This document shows positions 41,649-52,829 of a stretch of DNA of 64,000 nucleotides, piece after piece. A program made the translations under genes and the position numbers. How positions within the stretch are numbered: the stretch's first letter is position 1; every line of letters starts with the position of its first letter. This DNA is from Azolla caroliniana (taxonomy: Eukaryota > Plantae > Polypodiophyta): NCBI GenBank assembly GCA_043228905.1, contig JBHGNT010000001.1:33480001-33544000 (forward strand). Reading direction: 5' to 3'. Under the pieces are notes generated by a model, which was given only the letters and a program-made list of their open reading frames with translations, was not told the DNA's origin and ran no database searches.

Positions 41649-42256
41649 TGTTGGGATTACGGTCCCTTCGGATGGGATGGTCGGATATCGGAGATGAATG
41701 CCGACAAGCCCGGTTTCGGTTTCAGATCCGGATGACGAAGACCCCGGTTTCGGTACCGGATGACGAATGTACCCGGAGAGCGATCCGAATGCAGGGACAT
41801 ATCCGTGAATATGTCTGCTATGGGCCCCTGAGGCTATAGTTGTAAATAGCCCCAAAGTCATATATGTATAAATATGACTTAGGGCAACTCGTTTTGTAGT
41901 AGCTTATCATTTTTCTGTTTTTCCACTCAAGAGGAGTGAAGAGGGAGCAGCCGTGAGAGAGAGAGAGATAGAGCGCGAGAGAGGAAGAGGACGACGCCTC
42001 TGTGTATTTCCGCCGCCTGTGGCGAGGACAGCGAGCTCAAGGTCGTCGCCTTGGAGCTCGTCATTGTATACTTCTCTTTGTATAGTGTTGTTTGGAGTCT
42101 TGTACTCCCGTGGTTTTTTCCCATCTAGGGTTTTCCACGTTAATCCCTGTGTACTCGTGTGTTTCTCTCTTTGGTTTCTATTTTCTGCTGCATTGATCCG
42201 CGATTACTCGGTTGTGGCGGAGCGAAGAAGGTGAATCGAAGCGTTGATTCCCAACA
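41649..42256 (+). repeat. copia 5' LTR (608 bp)
   Basis: TGTTGGGA...TCCCAACA; 3 substitutions relative to the 3' LTR. Confidence 0.97.
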
Positions 42257-42259
42257 AAC

Positions 42260-42271
42260 TGGTATCAGAGC
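42260..42271 (+). promoter_or_regulatory. Primer binding site for initiator tRNA-Met
   Basis: TGGTATCAGAGC, 3 nt after the 5' LTR. Confidence 0.93.
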
Positions 42272-42286
42272 GAACTGCTGCAGAAA

Positions 42287-45200
42287 ATGGAAGGCGGCGG
42301 CAGCGGGCAGCCGGGGATGATGGTGCTGAATGCACAGAATTACGCCGACTGGAAGATCAAGATGGAGGATCTCCTGATTGTTCGGGACCTGTACGAACCG
42401 ATTGACAGGTCGGAAATACCGAAAGGAGTACTTGAGTCGGAGTGGAAGCTCCTGAACCGGAAAGCCGTAGCGACGATCCGACAATATGTCGATGTAAGCG
42501 TCCTACAACATGTGGCGAACGACACCAACGCATATGAGATGTGGAAGAAGCTGTCGGGCCTCTATGAGAGGAAGAATGCGTTGAACCGGACCTCCCTGAT
42601 GAGGAAGATAGTGAATCTCAAGTACCGGGACGGCGAGAGTATGGTGGAACACGTAAGCACGTTCATGGGATTCGTGAATCAGCTTGCGGCGATCAAGTTC
42701 CCGTTGGAGGATGCAATGCAAGCCATCATCCTGATGTGTACATTGCCGGAAAGCTGGGAGAACTTGGTGGTGACTCTCAGCACCTCCTGCACAGAAAATA
42801 ACTTGTCCTTGCAAACGGTAAAGACAAGTATTTTGAATGAAGAAGCGCGTCGGAGAGATAAGGAACCGGCCTCCGACCCGAAGATGTTGTTTACCGAATC
42901 GGATCGGGGAAGACAATGGAACCGGAGTCCGCAAAGACGGGAGAAGTCGGGGACCCGGTCGCAGTCAAGAGGAAGGCCCACATGCTTCCATTGTGGGAAG
43001 CCCGGGCACTTCCGAAAGAATTGTCGGCATTACCGAAAGGACAATGGAACCGACAACACCGATTCGAAGAAGTCACCGGAGAGAAACGGTGCATACCGGG
43101 GAGCCACGGACCGGAGAGGTTCGGATCGGCGAGGGCAGGACCGGAAAGGAACAACGGCACTCGCGGCAAGTGAGGAAGAAATCATGCTCATCACCGAAGA
43201 AGGTGAGCTAAACGTTGCCGGCGATGAGACGACCTGGGTGGTCGATTCCGGAGCATCGTTCCACCTGAACCCGGAGAGAAGATACTTCTCATCCTACACA
43301 GCCGGTGAGCATGGCTGTGTTCGGATGGGAAACGAAGGTACGTGCCGGATTGCCGGCATAGGAGACGTGTGGTTGACAACCCCGACCGGATGCAAAATGC
43401 TGCTGAAGAATGTCCGACACGTTCCGGAGGTCCGACTGAACCTGATTTCGGCCGGGAGGCTAGATGATGAAGGCTACACGGGTAGCATCCGGAACGGTGT
43501 CATGAAGTTCAGCAAGGGGAGCTTGATAGTGGCTCGGGCCCGGAAAGTCAACACACTGTACCTGATGAATGCCCGGTTATGTCCGGAAGAGCTGAATGTG
43601 GCAGCCGACACTGCCGGTGAGCTGTGGCACAAGAGACTGTGCCACATGAGTGAGAAGGGGATGAAGAGGCTTGCAGAAGACAACCTTATCCCAGTGAAGC
43701 ATGTGCACCTGGAGAAGTGCACCGATTGCCTGGCCGGTAAGCAGAACCGAACCTCCTTCCACTCAAGGCCACCGAAGAGACGTAGTGTACCATTGGAGTT
43801 GGTACACACTGATGTGTGTCAAGTAGAAACGAAGTCACATGGCGGAGCCCAGTACTTCGTGACATTCATTGATGACCACAGCCGGAAGCTGTGGACGGCA
43901 CCGATGAAGACAAAGGACCAAGTGTTGTGCGTCTTCAAAGAACTCCACGCGAGAGTGGAAAGGGAATCCGGCAAGAAGCTGAAAGCGATACGAGCGGATA
44001 ACGGAGGGGAATACCGGGGGCAGTTCCAGGAGTACTGTCGCTCGAAGGGAATCCGACTCGAGTTTACTGTGCCGAAGACGCCGGAACTGAACGGGCTGGC
44101 CGAGAGGATGAACCGGACCATAATGGAGAGGGTCCGGAGTATGCTGGCGCATGCGAAATTACCCAAGGGGTTTTGGGCTGAGGCAATGTCGACGGCGACA
44201 TACGTGATAAACAGATCACCCTCAGTACCTTTGGACGGAGACACGCCGCAGAAAGTGTGGACCGGTAAGGAAGTGTCCTACCGGCATCTGAAGGTGTTCG
44301 GGTGTCTCGCATACGTGCATGTGGCAAAGGACCGGAGAGGAAAGCTAGATCCAAAGACCCGGCCATGCATATTCCTCGGTTACGGCGATGACGAGTTCGG
44401 CTACCGAGTATGGGACCCGGTCGACAAGAAGATATTCAGGAGTCGAGACATCATCTTCATGGAGGACAAGACACTCGCCGACTAGGAGTCGGAGAAGAAG
44501 ATGAAGAGCTCCAAGTCGACCGGCGAGGATCAACTCTACAAGGAGCAGTCCCGACCGGCAAGGGACCGGTTAGCACTCGAGGATCCGGCCGAAGACGGTG
44601 AAGAAACAGAACCGGCCGAAGAAGATGAAAATGATACCGGAACCGGCCCCGATCCCGAAATGGATTCGGATGAAGAAGAATCGGAAGAACCGGTTACCGA
44701 AGCTCCGGAACGAAGATATCCTCTAAGAGAGAGAAGGGCCCCCCGGAGATTTCCGGAACCAGAGCACGTGCTGCTAACCGACGAGGGGGAGCCGGAGAGC
44801 TTTGAAGAAGCAAAGCATGACACCCAGAGCCGCAGGTGGTTGAGTGCCATGCAGGACGAGATGGATTCCCTGCATGAGAACCACACATATGAACTTGTGG
44901 AGTTGCCGAAAGGAAAGCGGGCACTTCGAAACAAGTGGGTGTTCAAGCTGAAACCGGGAGATGCCGGAAACCCCCCGAGATACAAAGCCAGGATCGTGGT
45001 GAAGGGGTTTCAGCAAAAGAAGGGCGTCGACTTCGACGAGATATTTGCCCCGGTAGTGAAGATGACCTCCATCCGGACGGTGCTGAGCATAGCGGCAAGC
45101 ATGGACCTCGAGGTAGAACAGATGGACGTAAAGACGACATTCCTTCACGGTGACCTCGAAGAAGAGATCTACATGCAGCAACCGGAAGGATTCGAGAAGA

Positions 45201-46360
45201 AAGGGAAGGAGCACCTGGTATGCCGGTTGAAGAAGAGCCTTTACGGACTGAAGCAGGCTCCCCGGCAATGGTACCGGAAGTTCGACTCCTTCATGACCGA
45301 CGAAGGGTACCTCAAAACGCAGTCCGACCACTGCGTGTTTGTGAAGAAGTTCGAAGAAGGAGACTCTCTAATACTCCTCCTGTACGTGGACGACATGTTG
45401 ATCGTCGGACGGGACCAGGTCAAGATACGGATGCTGAAGAAGGCTCTTCACCGAACCTTCTCAATGAAGGACCTGGGTCCGGCGAGGCAAATACTAGGGA
45501 TGCACATCATTCGGGACCGGAAGAAGAAGCAGTTGTGGCTGTCACAGGAGAAGTACGTGACGAAGGTGCTTCACCGGTTCAACATGTCGGAAGCAAGACC
45601 GGTCGGATCGACCCTCCCGACAAACTGCAAGCTGTCCAGCAAGCAAAGTCCCAAGACAAAGGCTGAAAAGGAGGATATGATGAAAGTACCGTATGCCTCA
45701 GCCGTCGGGAGCTTGATGTACGCCATGGTGTGTACGAGACCGGACATCGGATATGCAGTCGGAGTGGTGAGCCGGTACATGAGCAATCCCGGCAAAGAGC
45801 ATTGGAACGCGGCCAAGTGGATACTCCGATACCTGAAGGGCACAACGAATGTGTGCCTCCGATTCGGCTCCGGTAAACCCGAACTCGACGGTTTCACCGA
45901 TTCGGATATGTCGGCTGATGCAGATACCAGCCGGTCCACATCAGGGTATGTGATGACGTATGCAGGGGGAGCTGTTTCGTGGCAGTCGAGGCTGCAGAAG
46001 ACGGTTGCGTTGTCAACCACGGAGGCGGAGTACATGGCAGCTGTTGAAGCCGGCAAGGAAATAATATGGATGAAGGACTTCATTAGAGAGCTCGGTATCC
46101 AACAGGAGGAGTACCGACTCTACTGCGACAGTCAGAGTGCAATCCACCTTGCGAAGAACGCGGCCTATCACTCCCGGACGAAGCACATCCAGCGAAGATA
46201 TCACTGGATCCGGGAAAGGATAGAAGACAAGGAGTTCGTGCTGACAAAGATCCAAACGGACGAGAACGGGTCGGATATGCTGACCAAGGTGCTCACACCC
46301 GACAAGCTGGAAGCATGCCGGAAGAGGATCGGATTGGAGAGACATCCCATGCCGAAGTGA
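42287..46360 (+). pseudogene. copia gag-pol polyprotein with one in-frame TAG at 44483-44485
   Basis: The ORFs 42287-44485 and 44501-46360 share a frame. Zn knuckle CFHCGKPGHFRKNC, protease VVDSGAS, WHKRLCH, integrase D-D-E (HTDVC/ADNGGEY/AERMNRT), RT YVDD, RNase H TDSD/TEAEY/CDSQSA. Confidence 0.95.
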
Positions 46361-46368
46361 AGGGGGAG
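46359..46368 (+). promoter_or_regulatory. Polypurine tract
   Basis: GAAGGGGGAG, 2 nt before the 3' LTR. Confidence 0.9.
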
Positions 46369-46370
46369 TT

Positions 46371-46978
46371 TGTTGGGATTACGGTCCCTTCGGATGGGAT
46401 GGTCGGATATCGGAGATGAATGCCGACAAGCCCGGTTTCGGTTTCGGATCCGGATGACGAAGACCCCGGTTTCGGTACCGGATGACGAATGTACCCGGAG
46501 AGCGATCCGAATGCAGGGACATATCCGTGAATATGTCTGCTATGGGCCCCTGAGGCTATAGTTGTAAATAGCCCCAAAGTCATATATGTATAAATATGAC
46601 TTAGGGCAACTCGTTTTGTAGTAGCTTATCATTTTTCTGTTTTTCCACTCAAGAGGAGTGAAGAGGGAGCAGCCGTGAGAGAGAGAGAGATAGAGCGCGA
46701 GAGAGGAAGAGGACGACGCCTCTGTGTATTTCCGCCGCCTGTGGCAAGGACGGCGAGCTCAAGGTCGTCGCCTTGGAGCTCGTCATTGTATACTTCTCTT
46801 TGTATAGTGTTGTTTGGAGTCTTGTACTCCCGTGGTTTTTTCCCATCTAGGGTTTTCCACGTTAATCCCTGTGTACTCGTGTGTTTCTCTCTTTGGTTTC
46901 TATTTTCTGCTGCATTGATCCGCGATTACTCGGTTGTGGCGGAGCGAAGAAGGTGAATCGAAGCGTTGATTCCCAACA
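46371..46978 (+). repeat. copia 3' LTR (608 bp)
   Basis: Direct repeat of 41649-42256. Confidence 0.97.
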
Positions 46979-47692
46979 CCTTGTGATCCCTGTACGGAAG
47001 CATGTGTGATACCTCAATTGAACATCTATGAGCGTATCATCAACCCTATGTGCCTCTATCTTGATCACTTCTATGGGTCTAGACTTTTTATATTTCACGA
47101 CACTTGTCCCCTCCATGTCAGATGGAGTTAACCTCGACACAACTTGACAACCACATTGGTCAATCACTGCTTTCACATACGCACTAGGGATCCCATGGTC
47201 ACGAAGGTCATTGGACCAAAGTCTCTTTAACTCTAACAGAGTACTTGTCAAAGAACGGTGTGATGCGCCACAATGTGACGCCAATACTATCTCCCTCCAT
47301 TTCTCTACGTGCGTAATCTGAAGATGAGGCGATGCCTTAAGGTGTATTGCATTCTCATTTCTAAGCGTGAGGCGACTCTTCATGCGCCTCCATGCATGTA
47401 AATTAAGAGGTGCACCCCTTGCGAGTGTGCTTAATATTTCAAATGTTACCTTAACTTGACCCAATAAATCTTTAAGCATTAAATCGTACATACCTCTAGT
47501 GAACGCAAAATACCTCGCCGAACAATACATGAAGGGATCAACCTCCTCCGCCTCTTCTTCAGATGAAGCCGACTCATAGTCTTCGGATGTAGACGAATCC
47601 AAGTCTTCATCGATGGTTGCGGAGTATGGTGATGCATAACCATCCTCAGAATCATACAAGGACGTGATGAAATCTATTTCATTTTGATTCAT
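46979..47692 (-). pseudogene. MULE transposase, N-terminal 238 aa (acidic tract + HHCC-like motif)
   Basis: Removing the copia plus one TSD gives the continuous frame ...FRTGITR|GAHVTRYNCHRC... Confidence 0.92.
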
Positions 47693-47709
47693 CTCGACAA
47701 CTTGGTTTA

Positions 47710-48100
47710 TAAGAATGTGATTAATCAGAGGTAATTTAAGCTAGAGAATGTGATAAAGTAAATTTGATTAAGACAGAGATTATGATAAAGATAGAGAATC
47801 TGATTATGATTAAGATAGAGACGACGATTATAAGAATATGATTAATTGAACATGATTAAGCTAGAGAATGTGATTAAGTGAATTTGATTAAGACAGAGAT
47901 TATGATTAAGATAGAGACGGTGATTACAAGAATCTGATTAAGCTAGAGAATGTAATTAATTGAACCTAATTAAGATAGAGAATGGGATTATAAGAACGTG
48001 ATTAAGATAGAGAATGTGATTATAAGAACTTGATTAAGACAGAGAATGTGATTAATTGCTTCGGATTAAGATAGAGAATGTGATTAATTGAATCTGATCT
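47710..48100. repeat. Degenerate short-unit tandem array (gattaagatagagaatgt-like) immediately upstream of the transposase ATG
   Basis: Many copies of gattaag(a/c)tagagaatgtgatta variants. Confidence 0.85.
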
Positions 48101-48223
48101 TAAAAGGTAATTAACTGGAGATGGAGTCAGCTCTGATTAAAATGACGGTGAAGGGTTTAATATGACTTAAAATGTGACCGTTTTTTTGGCCGTTTAGGTA
48201 ACAGGTTGGGCGACCTAGATTAT

Positions 48224-48710
48224 GAGGTTTGGGCAACCTGGTTGGGTGATCATATCAACATAGAATAAATTTTAAGAGGTTTGGGCAACCTAGTTGGGTT
48301 ACCATATTAAAAGAGAATTAATTTTAAGAGGTTTGGGCAACCTGGTTGGGTGACCATATCAAAAGAGAATTAATTGTAAGAGGTTTGGGCAACCTGGTTG
48401 GGTGACCATATCAAAAGAGAATTAATTTTAAGAGGTTTGGGCAACCTGGTTGGGTGACCATATCAAAAGAGAATTAATTGTAAGAGGTTTGGGCAACCTG
48501 GTTGGGTGACCATATCAACATAGAATAAATTTTAAGAGGTTTGGGCAACCTTGTTGGGTTACCATATTAAAAGAGAATTAATTTTAAGAGGTTTGGGCAA
48601 CCTGGTTGGGTGACCATATCAAAAGAGAATAAATTTTAAGAGGTTTGGGCAACCTGGTTGGGTGACCATATCAAAAGAGAATTAATTTAAAGATGTTTGG
48701 GCAACTTGGT
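48224..48710. repeat. 52-bp tandem array, 9 full copies plus a partial, each carrying two copies of the MULE subterminal motif
   Basis: gaggtttgggcaacctggttgggtgaccatatcaaaagagaattaattttaa; variants of units 1-2 recur in units 6-7 (260-bp higher-order period). Confidence 0.95.
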
Positions 48711-49191
48711 TTCTCCGTTGAATGAAAAATCGTAGTTCATTAAAGAAATAAAAAAAGTCCTTTTTTTAGACATACGCGAGGAAGGTTCTAGGAACGTTGC
48801 TAAAGTCAATTGAAAGTCTTTTAGGAACTAGGAGTTGTGTGAAATTAGAATTTACCAATAAGATAGAGAAAGGATTAAGTAGATGATTGGTTAAAACGTC
48901 AAATCTATTGGAGAACACAACTTGAGAAACTTTTAAAACAAAAAATCAACTTTAGATCACAACTTAGATTGGTTGAAAACAACAAATCACCTTTAGATCA
49001 CAACTTGTGATTGGTTTAAAACAACAAATCAACTTGAGATAAACACTTGTTGTAAACAACATTTCCATTAATAAGTAATCGCGATATACAATGAGTCGAT
49101 TCTCGCTATACAAAATTTGTGTGGATTCCAAAATATAGTTATAACATCAGCTCTATAGCAAAATTTGTGCTGAAAACAACATTCACAAAAT

Positions 49192-51244
49192 TTACAATAT
49201 GGAGCCACCGGTCGTAGGTGCAAATCCTAGTACCCTTCGTGCCCACTCGTCCATATGATTCCGAAGTGAATCCACTTCGTGTTTGGTGAACCACATCTCT
49301 GTGCCCTGTCACCAAATATGTATAAGAACACATCTATACACAATCCACATGAATAAGGCATTGCAATTACACTTACAAAAGTCGGAGATATCCATCCTTG
49401 TAAGAACTCCCCCACCAACATTTGGATAGTCTTCATGACGTAAAAGCCACAATCCCAACAATTTGGCTGAGTTGGGATGTGCAATACGTGATGTTGACCC
49501 TCAGGCACAATGGTGTGGTCTAACAGTTCAGATGAAATTTCCCGAATCACCAACTCTGCCATTCTCTGCATGTTGTCAGTCGCTGCGTTGTTCAATGGAT
49601 CGCAGAAGACTACTTTGCTAGTTAGCTTAGAAACTTTCTGTCGCATCTTCGTCCACAACACCCAATGCCCGTCAAGCACGATTGGAATGAACATATAATC
49701 ACATTCAGCCACCTTCCTAAGGATGGCTTGCCCTTTCATCGTCTGTTGGTGTAGCGTCACCCAGAGTGGGTCGACGACGGTGAAGCGTTATGTCACCTCG
49801 AGTGGCAACGAATACTCCATCCACAACGTGAATAAGGTCATAGTCCACGTCGATGCCATTTCACGACACTTGCACATGGTCTCAAGATCTGACTCGGTAA
49901 CGTCAAGGGCCAAATCGAGACGTTGGCAGGTCAGCTGGTACCTGAATGCATAGAAATATGTAGTTTGAGTAGGTACATCACACCCCATGTCAGTTAGTAG
50001 GATACTAGTTTATATTTCACATAAACCCTACCTGGAAAAGTGTTTATTTGGTGTTTGGATCCATAACCTTATGCCCTTGCCATGCTGAATTTGAACTATG
50101 GCCACATTCGGTGCAGCGTCATCTGAATCTGATGTTAGGGAATAAACATCAGTGTGTGACTCGACCTCCTTCCGTCGGACTGGCATCTTTTGTCGTCTCC
50201 GTCTCGGTGGAGTGGACACACCACCCTCAGATGGGTTTAGAGCCTCATCCACATCCGTGGACACACCCTGTGGTTGGGTGGATATCCCCGCCTTTTTAGA
50301 CTGTTTCACCACAATAAGACACATGTTATTATTTGAATTCTACCAATAAACCCTCCAACACATATATGAAATGAAATCCTCGCTCATACTTACATAAGAA
50401 TCCAAACCGGATGATATCTTCTTCGCCAACATTTCCAAACGCTCATCCTTTTTGGAGTCGTATATGGCCATCTCATTGTCCATAAATTGCGCCACGAACT
50501 CTGCCTCTGTGTCAAGACGGAGTTCAGACGGAATAGAGTGGTACCTCGAAACAACCCTAACCTTCAACTTCTGGATATATGTTTGCCGATTTCTGTTGTA
50601 CTTGATTTCGGGGTCCATGAATCTTCTGAGTGATCTCTGACTCTCATAGTTATTAAAGCATACCCCCAGAATACCCTCCTCCTCCTCTATACGCATCCCT
50701 CGTGGTAGGACTATGTCTATTCCATGTTCCCTGCGTAAATGTGATTCCATGTCATTTTTTTTGCGATACCACCTTGGCGAGAGGCGGCAATACTCAGTAT
50801 AGATACACGCACGGGCCTTGTTCCTATTTGCATCTCTTCCAACCTTATACAACGAGTCTGGGCGAGGAGCATCTGTTCCTTCTGTATGTGTTACATATTT
50901 AAGATTGACATAAAGATTGGCATAAAGATTGACATATTGGAACGACACCAAATCCACATACCATTTGGAGGAGCATCTTGGTCAAATGTTGCCATGGCCT
51001 GTATGGGCTCGATCTGAGGCGTATGTGTTTGATCCATTCTGTCCCCACTCGTACACATGTCGGCTGACAAACTTCGCCAATGTCTTCTAACGAAGACCCT
51101 TTAACAAATCACGAGTCAACATACATGCATCAAACCCTAAACCAGTATTAGGGGAGATTGGTTCGTGACATACCTCTCTTGAGTTGGATATATGTCACTG
51201 TTATCGAAATCCCACCAATCTTTGTACTTGGACTTGGAAGCCAT
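49192..51244 (-). pseudogene. MULE-borne Ulp1/SENP-family (peptidase C48) cysteine protease with an N-terminal C2H2-like zinc finger. Exons 51244-51174, 51098-50962, 50881-50394, 50300-50032, 49941-49377, 49305-49192 (547 codons); premature TAA at 49790-49788
   Basis: Five GT-AG introns with consistent phases (total 1644 nt). Catalytic H (IPIVLDGHWVL), D (FCDPL), Q and C (PTQPNCWDCGFYV); CIYTEYC-x15-HLRREH. Confidence 0.85.
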
Positions 51245-52581
51245 CTACCACCATTCAAGTAATCAAACATTTTTTGAATTTAATACTCAAACACACACAA
51301 TATTAAGTTTAAGCAAGCAAATCATTAAACCCTAAACCCGAAACCCTAATCCCTCATTTCCAAATCTCCCCATATGTTATATCCTACTTATCATGTTCCA
51401 AATCTCTAATTAGAGGAGGAATATAATGATGATGGTGGTGACCCTCCCTGTATGTAAGGATTGTGTGTAAAACAACATATGAAGGTTAAATGATTTAGTA
51501 AATGTGGTTTGTCCTAAAAGGAAAAGTCATGTGTTGCAGTGAATGTGGTTGATGTGACCTCTAAGAAAAAAAGATGAGGATGGAACAATGGCAATGCTTT
51601 AGTGCCATTGTTACACATTATTGATGACTAAAAAAATGAAGAAAAGAAAAGATGACAATGAGATTGTTACACATTGTTGATGACAAAAAAAAATTGATGA
51701 TAATGATATGAATGACTTCAGGGTTAAATCAATGCCATTCTGAATCAAACAAGGATTGAGACAGTTTAAACATGGCACAGAGTTGTCTCTGGGGATTGAC
51801 AATAAAAGAGAGTTAATTGAATCAAAGCCAGAGTCTCTGGTGTTGGTAAACTAGAGAGAGTATAGGATTAAAGAAGTAAGAAGGTTTATGAAGAGGGGGT
51901 AAGGCTATTGATGATGGTATGGAACCATGATTATGATGATGAGTGAATGTGTAATTGATAGAACATAAGATAGTTTTCCTTTCGTTATGTAGAGGTTGCT
52001 TGCATGCCGCTCAACGAAAAGTGTTACACATTCTCGAAGAAGATTAAAAAAATGTGGTAATTGATGTGGATGATCTTAGGGGGAAGATTGAAATACCCCT
52101 TTTTGAATCAATCAAACCAAGGATTGAGACAATTCAAATGCAACTTCGTGATTATTATTACTATTTTTTCCATTTGTTTTGGGGGGATAATAGTGATGGC
52201 ATATCCATGTTTTGTACCTTAACTATGCAGTTAAAAGACTCAGGATGCAATATTGAATACTGCTACCTTATTCAATGCATAGATTTCATGTCTAAGGTAG
52301 AGCCTTCTACATGATTTTAGTAATGAATCCTTATCCTTGTAATCCCTCAACAAGAAACAAAATCCCTCAACTACTCCAAACCCTAATCCCTCAACTATTC
52401 CTACCACATGTAAAAAAAACAGAAAAAGTGATGTGATAGGGTTTAGTACATACCTGGGAATAGTGATGGAGGAGATTGATTGTTGTGTATGTTGATTGCA
52501 GGCCGCCTAACGCCCAACTCTTTCCCGGCAAAAGAAACCTGTCAATCTCGTTTGAAAAAATGAGAGATAATGACAGGTTTT

Positions 52582-52591
52582 AGGCTTTTAT
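52582..52591 (-). promoter_or_regulatory. Candidate TATA box of the Ulp1 gene, with a putative 5'-UTR exon ending 52454 and intron 52453-51245
   Basis: TATAAAAGCC on the - strand; CAG|GTATGT donor at 52453; TAG|ATG acceptor directly at the start codon. Confidence 0.5.
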
Positions 52592-52829
52592 AGTCATCGG
52601 TTGGGCGACCTACATCTTTTATTGGGTTGGTTGGGTGACCAACTCAATATAAACCCTAAAGCAGTTGGGCAACCTACTTTTGCAAGTCACCCAACCGCTT
52701 TAAAAATAAATGGTTGGGTGACCTGTATCTTTTATTGAGTTGGTTGGGTGACCAACTCAATATAAGCCCTAAAGCAGTTGGGCAACCTGCTTAAACTGGT
52801 CACCCAACGGTTGGGCGACCTCTGACAAG

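Larger units (their letters stand above)
41649..46978 (+). mobile_element. Full-length Ty1/copia LTR retrotransposon (Tnt1/Tork-like), 5330 bp, TSD CCTTG (41644-41648 and 46979-46983)
   Basis: Paired TG...CA LTRs, PBS, PPT, domain order gag-PR-IN-RT-RH, perfect 5-bp TSD. Confidence 0.97.

Noticed and set aside
44483-44500. Programmed stop-codon readthrough in copia pol
   Set aside because: The TAG lies in the integrase-RT linker where Trp (TGG) fits, the context TAG-GAG is not a known readthrough motif such as CARYYA, and a G>A lesion is simpler
42140-46583. Many antisense and alternate-frame ORFs in the copia and its LTRs
   Set aside because: Expected by-products of GC-rich coding DNA; no recognisable motifs
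46862-46978. C-terminal 38 aa of the 276-aa ORF 46862-47692 as a real protein end
   Set aside because: It is read-through into the antisense LTR after the insertion point
48224-48710. CRISPR-like appearance of the regular 52-bp array
   Set aside because: The whole unit repeats with no unique spacers, there are no cas genes, and the context is a eukaryotic transposon
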